NCBI GenBank assembly: GCA_964613695.1
Contig: CAZTIR010000001.1
Span: 27,450 to 91,449 of the forward strand
From: an uncultured Desulfurococcales archaeon
GTDB lineage: Archaea; Thermoproteota; Thermoprotei_A; Sulfolobales; Pyrodictiaceae
Length of the DNA stretch: 64,000 nucleotides
Direction: 5' to 3'
In this document: one piece after another, positions 48,371-57,800 of the stretch
Layout: the number at the start of each line of letters is the position of its first letter
Position numbering within the stretch: the first letter of the stretch is position 1
Notes under the pieces: generated by a model
The model's database searches: none
What the model was told of the DNA's origin: nothing
What the model saw: the letters and a program-made list of their open reading frames with translations, nothing else
Program-made: the position numbers and the translations under genes

Positions 48371-49213
48371 TCATCGCGTACTGGGCAGGCAGGATGATGA
48401 TAGGATGGCGTGAGTATCGGGGGCCATGAGGAGTGGGCCAAGCTGTTTGAGCGCCGAGGCTAGTCTACAGCCCCTGGCCCCGCGTGTATAGTACTCGAGG
48501 ACCAGTTTCAGGAGTTTGGGAAGCACGCGGTCTATATCCCGGGGCGTAACCGCACCGATCCAGCCTATGTAAAGGCCTAGGCCCGACTTTAGCGCCTTTG
48601 AGACGAAGAGAGGATCTTGTATACTACTGCAGGTCATTGCTATTAGCACGGAGCCTCGCTTGGGATGCACTATGTTAAACAGCTTATAGCTCCCTATAAT
48701 GATGAGCTTCTCCGACACGAAGGCGCCGCCGTTGGCAAAGACCGCTGGACTCGCCTCCGCGAGTATACCCTGGGATGCGAGCCTCTTAGCAAGGTCTAGT
48801 GGTATGTCCAGTTTCTCGCCGGGAGCAAGACCAGTGGCTATGTAGTAGCCGTGCCCATCCCATATCCCCCCATGAGCCCTGACCACCACGATATCGTACT
48901 CGCCAATGTTTAGGATGGGCTTTATCCCCGCCTGGCGGCCGAGGTAAACGTCTATACACGCGTTGTATTCTCGTGCTATTCTCTCCAACAGCTTTACGAG
49001 CGTCTGATTGGGTATGTCGCGCGCCAGGGAATCGTAGTAGAGTATGCGGAGCTTACAGTGACGCTTTTCGGGAGAAGCTACGCGCTGGTAGGTAGCCGGG
49101 GTTGTAGTCGAAACTCCGGATGACTCCAAAGGTGCATGGCGTATGGCTAGGAGTGCTGCAGCCGAGGCTAAAACCGCGGCGAGGAGAGCAACGAGCACAG
49201 CGTACTTCCGCAC
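48371..49213 (-). CDS. Secreted/anchored protein with a caspase/gingipain-like (clan CD) His-Cys domain
   Basis: N-terminal hydrophobic segment; DIVVVRAHGG, LIAMTCSS and LYIGW motifs in clan CD order. Confidence 0.55.
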   Translation of the reverse strand: MRKYAVLVALLAAVLASAAALLAIRHAPLESSGVSTTTPATYQRVASPEKRHCKLRILYYDSLARDIPNQTLVKLLERIAREYNACIDVYLGRQAGIKPILNIGEYDIVVVRAHGGIWDGHGYYIATGLAPGEKLDIPLDLAKRLASQGILAEASPAVFANGGAFVSEKLIIIGSYKLFNIVHPKRGSVLIAMTCSSIQDPLFVSKALKSGLGLYIGWIGAVTPRDIDRVLPKLLKLVLEYYTRGARGCRLASALKQLGPLLMAPDTHAILSSSCLPSTR

Positions 49214-49247
49214 TTAGACCCCTCTGGAGAGTGGGCGTGGGAAGAGC

Positions 49248-49511
49248 TTAGAGTATGCCTAGGCGGGCGGCCACCTCTGTCGCCTGGTACTCGGGGGCGA
49301 GCTTGACGTAGGCCTTCTTCTCGCCGCGCGGCGTTATCAGCGTGTTAACCTTGACTACCTTCACGTTGAAGAGTTGTTCGACGGCCTTCTTTATCTCTGG
49401 TTTCGTGGCGTCACGCCTCACTATGAAGGTTAGCGTGTTGTGCTGCTCTATGAGCCTTAGAGCCTTCTCGCTCTGAACGGGCCTTATTATTACCTCGCGA
49501 GGGTCCCTCAT
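49248..49511 (-). CDS. rpl23: 50S ribosomal protein L23
   Basis: [22 protein letters not shown]. Confidence 0.97.
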   Translation of the reverse strand: MRDPREVIIRPVQSEKALRLIEQHNTLTFIVRRDATKPEIKKAVEQLFNVKVVKVNTLITPRGEKKAYVKLAPEYQATEVAARLGIL

Positions 49512-50335
49512 GGCAGCATCCCCTCGAAGCGCTTGCCCAGGGCCTCTAATGCGGATTTCGTGACGAGCATGAGCCTGCCTGGATGGCCTCCCGGGGCTAG
49601 CTGGAGCACGTTAACGTAGCTTGGCGTCGCTATGTCGACTCCTGGGAAGTTCTCGACGGCCTTCGCGAATGGGGATGTGTGACTGTTGAGAACGAACAGC
49701 ACACTCTTTGGCGTCACGTAGCGGCGGCCGCGCATCTTGCCCTTCCCGGCGCGCCACCTGGTCTTCTCCTGTGCCCTCACGATGTCGGGCCAGAGGCCTA
49801 GTTTCTCGAGCAGCCTCCTAGCCTCCCGGGCGCTCCTCACCCTCTCCTCGACCTCGTCGACCACCACGACGGGGACGGCTGGGGCTGTGAAGACGTGGCC
49901 CCTGGCCCTCACCATCTCTGGTATCGCGGTCGCCGCTAGAGCAGAGGCCGTCGCGAGCCTCTTCTCCTTCTTGTTTATCTCCTCGTGTATCTTCTTGAGG
50001 GGCGTGGGTGGGAACGCTACCCTACCGCCCACAGCCGATGGTATGAAGGCTGCTCTACCCGTGCCGGGTATCCTAGGCACCCTCGCTATACCGAGACCGA
50101 CGCCGAAGCTCCTAGCGCTAGTCCTCTTCCCCGCCATCGGGTCGCGGCCCTTGGGCTGGAGCCTGGCTGTGTGCTCCGAGTGGAAGGCCCTGCGTATCAA
50201 GTCCTTGCGAACCGGTAGCCCGAAGACCCTTGGTAGCTGGATCTCGCCCACCTTCTCCCCGGCCGCGTCGTAGAGTGGGACCCTCGGGGGCTCCCTCATT
50301 AGGAGGAACATGGTGGAGCCTAGCATCGCGCCCAC
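49508..50335 (-). CDS. rpl4: 50S ribosomal protein L4
   Basis: [26 protein letters not shown]. Confidence 0.97.
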   Translation of the reverse strand: MGAMLGSTMFLLMREPPRVPLYDAAGEKVGEIQLPRVFGLPVRKDLIRRAFHSEHTARLQPKGRDPMAGKRTSARSFGVGLGIARVPRIPGTGRAAFIPSAVGGRVAFPPTPLKKIHEEINKKEKRLATASALAATAIPEMVRARGHVFTAPAVPVVVVDEVEERVRSAREARRLLEKLGLWPDIVRAQEKTRWRAGKGKMRGRRYVTPKSVLFVLNSHTSPFAKAVENFPGVDIATPSYVNVLQLAPGGHPGRLMLVTKSALEALGKRFEGMLP

Positions 50336-50336
50336 C

Positions 50337-51377
50337 TCAGTTGCCCTGCTTGCTAGCCAGGCTGATGTATGTGATGCGCGGCGGCCCGGGCGGGGTCCAG
50401 GTTGGTCTCACGGGGTGGCGGAGCACTATGGGCCTCTTGGGGGTTCCTGGGACGCTACCCGCTAGCATCACGTAGGTCGAGCGCACGATACCATAGTGTA
50501 GGAAGCCGCCGGCTGGCGTAACCTCGAGGCCATTATCCCCTATCTTGAGTATCCTCTTGTTATACTCGGTTCTCCTGTGGAACCCCATCTGGCCGGGCTG
50601 CGGCACGGGGCTCAGGGAGCCGATGCCGGGGCTCCTGGCTCCGATGCGCCTAGAGCCCTTCCTATGCTTGTGCCACTTGGGCAGCTCCTTGACGCCGAAC
50701 CTCTTTATCACGCCCTGGAAGCCCTTACCCTTCGTAACCGCTATGACGTCGACCAGCTGGCCCTCCTGGAAGACGTCCCTCACGGTGAACGTGCCGCCGA
50801 GGAGGCTGGCCGCGTAGCGGAACCTCTCCTCGAGGCTCGAGCCCCCGCCGATCTTTATCTCGAGGAGGTCTGGCTTCTTCTTGCTGAGGCCCCCCACGAG
50901 CCTCGGCTGGGTGGCAGCGATTATCCTAACATCCATCACCTTGTCGAGGAGCTCCTCTATCTTCTTCAACTGCTTCTCGGGGTCGGGGACCTTGAAAGTC
51001 TTCGGGAGGATCTTGTAGATGTCCAGCTTGTACTTGTTTATGAGCTCCTCCGGCTGAGCCCAGGCCTCTGTCAGCGTGTAGAGCCCGATGTTCGGGTCGT
51101 ACCCGTAGACTCTCACCGCGAGGACTACCATGGGTGGGGCCTCGAGGATGGTCACCGGGACGAATATCTCCTTGCCCTCCGTCACGCTACCCGGCCTATC
51201 ATCTATCATGAAAGCGTGGGTCATGCCAGCCTTGTAGGCGAGGAATGCCAGGGGGAGCGGCTTCTCGCTCTGAACCTCCGGCCAGCTCCTAATCTTCGGC
51301 ACTAGCCTCGAAGCCCTCTTCCTAGGCCTTAAGCCCAGGCTACCTCGCCGTGGCGCGTGTTTCTTTCGCGCGCCCAC
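50337..51377 (-). CDS. rpl3: 50S ribosomal protein L3
   Basis: PRRGSLG, YKAGMTH, KGKGFQG, GQMGFHRRTE. Confidence 0.98.
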   Translation of the reverse strand: MGARKKHAPRRGSLGLRPRKRASRLVPKIRSWPEVQSEKPLPLAFLAYKAGMTHAFMIDDRPGSVTEGKEIFVPVTILEAPPMVVLAVRVYGYDPNIGLYTLTEAWAQPEELINKYKLDIYKILPKTFKVPDPEKQLKKIEELLDKVMDVRIIAATQPRLVGGLSKKKPDLLEIKIGGGSSLEERFRYAASLLGGTFTVRDVFQEGQLVDVIAVTKGKGFQGVIKRFGVKELPKWHKHRKGSRRIGARSPGIGSLSPVPQPGQMGFHRRTEYNKRILKIGDNGLEVTPAGGFLHYGIVRSTYVMLAGSVPGTPKRPIVLRHPVRPTWTPPGPPRITYISLASKQGN

Positions 51378-51442
51378 GTGTCACCACCCTTTTCTTACCA
51401 CACGCCCGTTGCCGACGAGAGAACATGCCCTATTATACGGCT

Positions 51443-52306
51443 CTACCCGGGTAGAGCCTGGTTGAGGGCCGCTAGGCTAGCCCAGACGGCCTCCTCCGTC
51501 CTTATGGTGAGCGTCCCCTGCCTAGGCACAGTGTTCACCACTATATCGGCTATGTCGTCGAGGCTGAGGCCTTCTCTCTCGGCTATCTCGCGCAGACCCT
51601 CCCTGGGCGAGCCGAAGAGTATCACGATCCTCTCCCTCTCCCCCCACCCCCTCCTAATCTCCTCGAGGGCGTCGAGATAGAGCCTGCCTTGTCTCGACGT
51701 TGCTATCCTATAGTAGCCCCTGGACACCCTCCTGGCGAGAGCCGAGAGGCTATCATGCTTCTCCACCGTGTAGCCCCTGTAGACGCCGCCGGGCTCAACC
51801 ATGTCTAGTATCACCGGTTGCAGGGAGACTATCTTCACTAGTATCCTCTCGCCGCGCTCCACTCTCACACCCTCCGGGAGATCGACCTCAACCGGCTTAC
51901 CCAGACCCGCGTCGACTACAGCAACCCTCCCCCTCCTGCGCAGCACGAGAGCCTCCCTAACCTCGCCCTCCTTGGGGCCGCCCACCCCGTGGGTCGGCAG
52001 CTGGAGGGGAGGCAGTACGCCAGCGTAGCGTAGGCGCGGATCGGAGCCGGGGTAGAGCCTCTTGCGGAGATAGGGTGGCGTAGCCATATACTCCAGTATC
52101 CTCTTGAATGTCTCCGCGTCGTCCCAAGCCTCCGCCCTGTCTATATACACGTGTATCTTGTCAACACGGAATGCTCCGGCGGCGCGCCCGACAATACCAG
52201 CCTTCAGTGTTTTGAGCTCGAGGCTAGGCTCTATGGTCAACATGCTGGCTGGCACTGCTATCTCCAGCGGCTTGGGCCTCGGCGGGGGAGGCCACTCGGC
52301 AGCCAA
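51443..52306 (-). CDS. SPOUT-superfamily RNA methyltransferase (DUF171/C9orf114-like)
   Basis: GRAAGAFRVD, TPPYLRK, FGSPREG, QGTLTIRTEEA; conserved position upstream of rpl3. Confidence 0.88.
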   Translation of the reverse strand: MAAEWPPPPRPKPLEIAVPASMLTIEPSLELKTLKAGIVGRAAGAFRVDKIHVYIDRAEAWDDAETFKRILEYMATPPYLRKRLYPGSDPRLRYAGVLPPLQLPTHGVGGPKEGEVREALVLRRRGRVAVVDAGLGKPVEVDLPEGVRVERGERILVKIVSLQPVILDMVEPGGVYRGYTVEKHDSLSALARRVSRGYYRIATSRQGRLYLDALEEIRRGWGERERIVILFGSPREGLREIAEREGLSLDDIADIVVNTVPRQGTLTIRTEEAVWASLAALNQALPG

Positions 52307-52509
52307 GCCCCGCCACCCAGCCGGTGGGGAGCCAATCCGCCCTTATCGCGTGCCCCCGAAGCCCGTCGCGCAGGGACATGCGCCCGGTGCGGGGTGGAGT
52401 GCGCAGCGCATAAGGTAATACTTTTTAAACTTGTTTCTATTGCGTGTTGTCTGCGGAGCCTTACCACGGGAACACGCCCGCCACGAGATAGGGAGAGGTA
52501 GGATCTTGC

Positions 52510-53616
52510 TTGGAGAGGCCAGTGGTGGTCCCGGTCCACAACCTCGGGGCTGGGGGCAACACGCCGCCCTACTGGGAGGGGCCGCCCCGCGGCCTAGGCT
52601 ACCCCCATGCCATGTTCAACGCGTATTTCCTCAGGGAGCATCATAGGAGGGAGCAGGTTAGCCACCGGCTAGTAGCGTGGGTCGACTCGGGAGGCTTCCT
52701 ATACATACGCGACAAGACCAGGATGCTGGCCGGCAACCATGGGAGGGCTAGGGGCGGCTCGACACCCCCCGAGCCGGGCCCGGAGCTCGTCGAGACTGTG
52801 TTGAAGAGACAGGAGGGCTTCGGGGCCCACGTGGCTTTCACGCTAGACTATCCCCTCCACGGCGCCATCGGAGGAGAGGTTCTGAGGAGGCTTAGAATCA
52901 CGGCGATCAACGCCGCGCTAGCCTACCAGCTGCGCCGCAGGAGGAGCATGAGGCTTCTCATCGTCCTCCAGTATCGCGATCGGGGGGAGTTGGGGCTCCT
53001 TCTCTCCATGCTCGAGGCGGCTTTGAGGGAGTATGCGGGCCTCCGGCTGGACGAGGTTGACGGCTTCGCGGTTGGCGGGCTGGTGCCCTATAGGAGTAAC
53101 CTCGTGTACCTGGCCGAGAGGGTTGTCGAGGCTCGTCTACACCTCCCCCGGGGCTCGTGGATACACGTGCTCGGGGTAGCCTCTCCAATCAACATACCGC
53201 TGTTATACGCCGCTGGCGCCGACTCGCTAGACTCCAAGACGTATATCATAGCGGCTGCGAAGAGGCTCTGGTATACGCCCCTCAAGCTATACCTGCAGGG
53301 CTGGCCCGCGAGGATAGAGGTTGGGAGGAAGCCGCTACCCTTGGAGGAGTGCGGCTGTGTTGCATGCTCGAAGGTGGATGGGGTAGAGGAGTTGCGCGAG
53401 AATACCAGGCTCCTAGCCCTCCACAACCTACACGTGACCCTGGAGGCCGCGCGCCTCGCCAGCGAGGAGCCGGTAGAGGCCTTGAGGAGGCTGGCTGCTA
53501 GAAGCACCAGGCTCGCGAAGGCGGCGAGACTCGTGCTCGATGCCCTTTGGAGCGGGAAGCTGGATAACCGGGTCTCGGGTAGGGAAGAGGTTGCTGGGGC
53601 CGCGGGGCCCCTGTGA
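52510..53616 (+). CDS. tRNA-guanine transglycosylase (TGT) family paralogue, catalytic domain only
   Basis: VDSGGF, LDYP, GGLVP, HVLG, DSLDS, Zn site CGCVAC...HN; no C-terminal PUA region. Confidence 0.85.
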   Translation: MERPVVVPVHNLGAGGNTPPYWEGPPRGLGYPHAMFNAYFLREHHRREQVSHRLVAWVDSGGFLYIRDKTRMLAGNHGRARGGSTPPEPGPELVETVLKRQEGFGAHVAFTLDYPLHGAIGGEVLRRLRITAINAALAYQLRRRRSMRLLIVLQYRDRGELGLLLSMLEAALREYAGLRLDEVDGFAVGGLVPYRSNLVYLAERVVEARLHLPRGSWIHVLGVASPINIPLLYAAGADSLDSKTYIIAAAKRLWYTPLKLYLQGWPARIEVGRKPLPLEECGCVACSKVDGVEELRENTRLLALHNLHVTLEAARLASEEPVEALRRLAARSTRLAKAARLVLDALWSGKLDNRVSGREEVAGAAGPL

Positions 53617-53672
53617 GGAGGGGTGCAAACTCTGAGAGGCTCGGGGTGCTGACCTAGACCCGTCCCGAGGGG
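53608..53672 (+). ncRNA. Candidate box C/D sRNA whose C box contains the TGT stop codon
   Basis: CCCCU-GUGAGGA-GGGGUGCAAACU-CUGA-linker-GCUGA-CCUAGACCCGUC-CCGA-GGGG. Confidence 0.65.
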
Positions 53673-53682
53673 CTCCAAGCAG

Positions 53683-53745
53683 CGGCCTCGGCAGAAGGGG
53701 TGTGTCTCTTCACGCCTCCGCACTCGGCAAACACGTCATCGGCCG
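53683..53745 (-). ncRNA. Candidate box C/D sRNA with two guides to adjacent 23S sites
   Basis: CGGCC-GAUGA-CGUGUUUGCCGAGUG-CGGA-GGC-GUGAAGA-GACACACCCCUUCUG-CCGA-GGCCG; TTTAAA 26 nt upstream. Confidence 0.8.
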
Positions 53746-53770
53746 TGTCTAGCCCTCCACGGGCTCCGCT

Positions 53771-53776
53771 TTTAAA
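53771..53776. promoter_or_regulatory. Palindromic TATA box, probably bidirectional
   Basis: TTTAAA correctly spaced for the sRNA on the minus strand and the micro-ORF operon on the plus strand. Confidence 0.6.
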
Positions 53777-53819
53777 GGGAGTTCTGGGCGCTTAGGTCCT
53801 CTACACGGGGTGCGAGAGG

Positions 53820-53900
53820 ATGGGCGGTAGGCAGAGGACGACACTCTTCATGATGAGGGAGGAAGAGGAGGGTAAGAAGGGCGGCAAGAAGAAGAAGTGA
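53820..53900 (+). CDS. 26-aa micro-ORF MGGRQRTTLFMMREEEEGKKGGKKKK
   Basis: GGGGTG SD 7 nt before the ATG; TATA box upstream; stop codon merges into the SD of the next gene. Confidence 0.5.
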   Translation: MGGRQRTTLFMMREEEEGKKGGKKKK

Positions 53901-53909
53901 GGTGGTGTA

Positions 53910-54473
53910 ATGGTAGAGGTTTTTCAATGCCTAAGGTGCCTCCACTGCTGCTTCTTCTCCCGCGAGGAGGAGTCCCCGGTGCTCTTCTCCTGGGAGGTTA
54001 GCCGCATACTAGACCTGGCTGAGAGGGAGGGCGTGAGCCTAGAGAACGTCGAGTTCAAGCCCCTAGAGGTGTACCGCGACCCGTCTAACGGCAGGTGCGT
54101 GGTACTACTCTACAGGATGGTTGTGAGGGGCTTCTGCCCCTTCTATGATGTGAAGAGCCGCTCCTGCATAATACACCCGGAGAAGCCCTCCGCGTGCAGG
54201 ATGTACCCCCTTCTCCTCGAGGTGCCCTCCGGCAGGCTCAGCGTGAGCGGCGCATGCGACTGGGTTGAGCGGAACATGTGGATTACCAAGAGGGGGGATG
54301 TCCTGGATAGGGTATTCCCCCGGGAGATGAGCGAGGCTAGGCGAGTCTTCGCGGATTACATGGCTGTTGTTAAGACCCTCTCGGAGAGGGGGTTTACGGA
54401 GAAGCTTGGCGGGGTGGAGGGGTGCAGGGAGATCGTCGAGTTCGAGGAGCTTCTGGGGGAGGAGTCTAGTTAA
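53910..54473 (+). CDS. YkgJ-family cysteine-cluster (Zn/Fe-S) protein
   Basis: CLRCLHCC, CPFYD...CIIHPEKPSACRMYP. Confidence 0.88.
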   Translation: MVEVFQCLRCLHCCFFSREEESPVLFSWEVSRILDLAEREGVSLENVEFKPLEVYRDPSNGRCVVLLYRMVVRGFCPFYDVKSRSCIIHPEKPSACRMYPLLLEVPSGRLSVSGACDWVERNMWITKRGDVLDRVFPREMSEARRVFADYMAVVKTLSERGFTEKLGGVEGCREIVEFEELLGEESS

Positions 54474-54500
54474 CGGGTTTTATCCTGCTCCAGGCGGGGT

Positions 54501-54770
54501 GTGTGGATGGCTAAGCGTAAGAGGGTTGTAAGACTCTTCTTCAACACCTTCTACGAGGACGCGGCCAAGGCTATCCTGGAGAGGCTGGAGAGGAGCTATG
54601 GCAGGGTTAGGGTGGTCCGCTCGCAAGTGCTACCCGAGTTCTACTACGTGGAGATACAGGTGGGAGAGAACGAGGACCCGGCTAGGGTGAGGACTGAGGT
54701 GGAGAACCTGGTGGCGCAGGTGGGGGGTGATAGGGTCTTCGGGGTTAAGGCTTATGATGTGCAGACGTGA
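54501..54770 (+). CDS. Hypothetical small alpha/beta protein
   Basis: 89-aa ORF with an alternating strand/helix pattern; TATA-like TTTTAT upstream. Confidence 0.65.
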   Translation: MWMAKRKRVVRLFFNTFYEDAAKAILERLERSYGRVRVVRSQVLPEFYYVEIQVGENEDPARVRTEVENLVAQVGGDRVFGVKAYDVQT

Positions 54771-54835
54771 GGCGCCCCGTGTACGGGGATTCTTTAAGCC
54801 GTGGCTCGGGGCCTCGCGAACCGGGATATTAGGCT

Positions 54836-57800
54836 ATGCCGGTTGTCGGCAAGATAGAGGGGGTCTACGACCCCCACACGGTAGAGGAGTGGGTTAAGCG
54901 GTTCTGGGAGAGGGAGAGGATATACTCGAGGCTGCGGGAGTGGAGGAGGGGTAGGCGTCGCTTCTACTTCCTAGACGGGCCGCCTTACCCCAGCAGCGAT
55001 GTCCCGCACGCTGGAACCGCGTGGAACAAGGTGTTGAAGGACGCTATCCTACGCTACCGTAGGCTCGTGGGCTACGATGTGTGGGACAAGCCGGGCTACG
55101 ATTGTCACGGGCTCCCGATAGAGGTTCAGCTCGAGAAGCAGCTCGGTATACGCGTGAAGAGGGAGATTGAGGAGAAGGTCGGTGTGGAGAAGTTCGTCGA
55201 GATGTGTAAGGAGTTTGCGCTCCGGAACGTGGAGGGGCTTACGAGGTGGTTTAAGGAGCTGGGCGTCTTCATGGACTGGGAGAACCCCTACCTAACCCTC
55301 CGCGACGAGTACATCGAGGCGGAGTGGTGGCTTGTCAAGAGGGCTTGGGAGCAGGGCCTGCTCGAGAGGGAGAAGCGGGTCGTCTACTGGTGCCCTAGGT
55401 GTGGCACCACTCTGGCCGAGTACGAGGTCGAGTACCGGGAGATAGAGGACCCGTCGATATACGTGAAGTTTAGGGTCGAGGGTAGGGATAACGAGTATCT
55501 CGTCATCTGGACGACGACCCCGTGGACGCTGCCAGCCAACGCCTTTGTGATGATACACCCTGAAGCCGAGTATGCGAAGGTGCGTGTTGGCGGCGAGGTG
55601 CTCATCATAGCCTCTGCTAGAGTCGAGAGGGTGATGGAGGAGGCCGGGATCAAGGACTATGAGATAGTGGAGAGGGTTAAGGGTAGTGAGCTTGTTGGCC
55701 TGCGCTACGTGCACCCCCTGGAGGATGTCATACCCCTCCAGTCGAGGCTGAAGAAGTTCCACCAGGTTGTGGCCGCGGCTGAGCATGTGACTCTCCACGA
55801 GGGTACGGGCCTCGTCCACGCGGCGCCGGGCCACGGTTTCGAGGACTTCGAGGTCGCTAAGAGGATGGGGTGGGAGGAGGCTATCGTAGCGCCTATAGAC
55901 GATGAGGGGAGGTTCACGGAGGAAGCTGGCCCCCTAAAGGGCATGCAGGCCCGGGAGGCTAACAAGGTAATCATAAAGATGCTTGAGGAGCGCGGCGCAC
56001 TCCTACACGCTGGCACCCTCGTGCACCGTTACCCTGTCTGCTGGCGTTGTAAGACACCGGTGCTGCTGAGGGCTACCCCACAGTGGGTCGTCAAGGTCAC
56101 GAGGCTGAAGGAGAGGATAGCGGAGGAGGCTAGGAGGGCGAACTGGATACCAAAGTGGGCTCTGGATAGGCTGATGTCGATGGTGGAGAATCTCCAGGAC
56201 TGGGTGCTCAGCAGGCAGCGCTACTGGGGCGCTCCTCTACCGGTATGGGTCTGCGAGAACTGCGGTTACGTGCACGTCGTGGGGAGTGTCAGGGAGTTGG
56301 AGGAGATGGGTGGCGAGAAGCCCCGCGAGCTTCACAGGCCGTGGGTGGATAGGGTTACGCTACGCTGCCCGAAGTGCGGCGGCGTGAAGAGGAGGGTGCC
56401 AGACGTTATGGACGTATGGCTTGACAGCGGGGTCGCCTTCTACGCGTCTAGGGGGCACCCGGAGAAGACGGGCTTCGAGAAAGCCGATTTCATAACCGAG
56501 GGTCACGACCAGACTCGCGGCTGGTTCTTCAGCCTGCTTAGGGCTGGCGTCATCGGCTTCGGGGAGGTGCCTTACAGGAATGTGCTCGTCCACGGTTTCA
56601 TGTTGGACGAGAAGGGTAGGGAGATGCACAAGAGCCTAGGTAACTATGTTGACGCGGCTACCATAGTCAGGAGGGCTGGTAGGGACCCGTTCCGCCTATG
56701 GGTGCTGCAGAACACCACCTGGGAGGATGCGAGGTTCTCGTGGAAGGCCCTTGAGCATGCTAAACGCGATCTGGGCGTGGTTTGGAACGTGTTCGTCTTC
56801 GCCTCGACCTACATGAGTCTTGACCGCTTCGACCCGGAGGAGTATACGCTCGAGAAGCTCTGGAACAACCTGGAAGTGGAGGACAAGTGGCTCTTGTCGA
56901 GGCTAGCTGGGCTGGTCGAGAGGGTTACCAAGGCCTTCGAGGAGTACAGGGTGCACGAGGCTGCTAGGGCGCTTCGCGAGTTCATACTAGAGGATGTTAG
57001 CAGGTGGTACATTAGGCTCGTGAGGAGGAGGGTTTGGCTAGAGGAGCAGGACCCGTCTAAGCTAGCGGCCTACGCCACCCTCTACCGCGTGCTCCGAGAC
57101 TGGCTCGTAATGGCCTCCACCATCACGCCATTCATCGCCGAGTACCTCTACCAGCATTTCATCAGGCCTGCTGAGAAGGGCGCGCCGCCGAGCATAGCTA
57201 TGATGGATTGGCCTAGCGTGCCGAGCGACTGGAGGGACGAGAGGCTCGAAGAGGATATGAGGATTGTCCGGGAGGTTGTCGAGGCTATTGCCGCCGCGCG
57301 CATGAGGGCTGGTCTTAAGCTACGCCAACCCGTGCGAGAGGTTATAGTCTTCACCAGCGACGAGAGAGTGGCCTCCGCTGTCGAGAGGCTTAAGAGGATA
57401 GTGGTTGAGATGGGTAACGCTAAGAGCATCTCTGTGAAGAACGTTGCGGAGCTGGAAGAGCTTCTAGTGTACGAGGTTGAGCCGGTCTACTCGAGGCTGG
57501 GGCCGAGGTACAAGAGGCTGACGAAGAAGATAGTCGAGTATCTCGAGAGGGAGGGTGACAGGGTGGCCAGGGATATACTAGCGGCGGGCGCCCATAAGAC
57601 GGTTATCGATGGCGTGGAGGTTGTGATAGAGAGGGATGATGTGAAGATACGTGCCAAGCCGAGGACGGGCTACGCGATAACAGAGACAAGCTGGGGTAGC
57701 GTAGCCATAGACACGAGGCTGACCGAGGAGGAGATAGCCGAGGGCCTCGCGAGGGATATTGTGAGGAGGATACAGTACATGAGGAAGATGCTGAAGCTGC

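Noticed and set aside
48385-48470. ATGATGA...ATGAGGA...TTGA pattern resembling a C/D sRNA
   Set aside because: It lies antisense within coding sequence where Ser codons generate the motif; there is no convincing D' box, stem or target.
9298-53616. A dpd-like DNA 7-deazaguanine modification island (folE, radical SAM, nitrilase-like, TGT)
   Set aside because: The genes are dispersed over 42 kb of core genome, no queC/queD/dpdB was seen, and two components look catalytically dead; kept only as separate observations.
54985-55030. IleRS PHAGT in place of HIGH, and MHKS in place of KMSKS
   Set aside because: Similar variants are typical of crenarchaeal IleRS (from memory), so there is no basis for claiming altered function.
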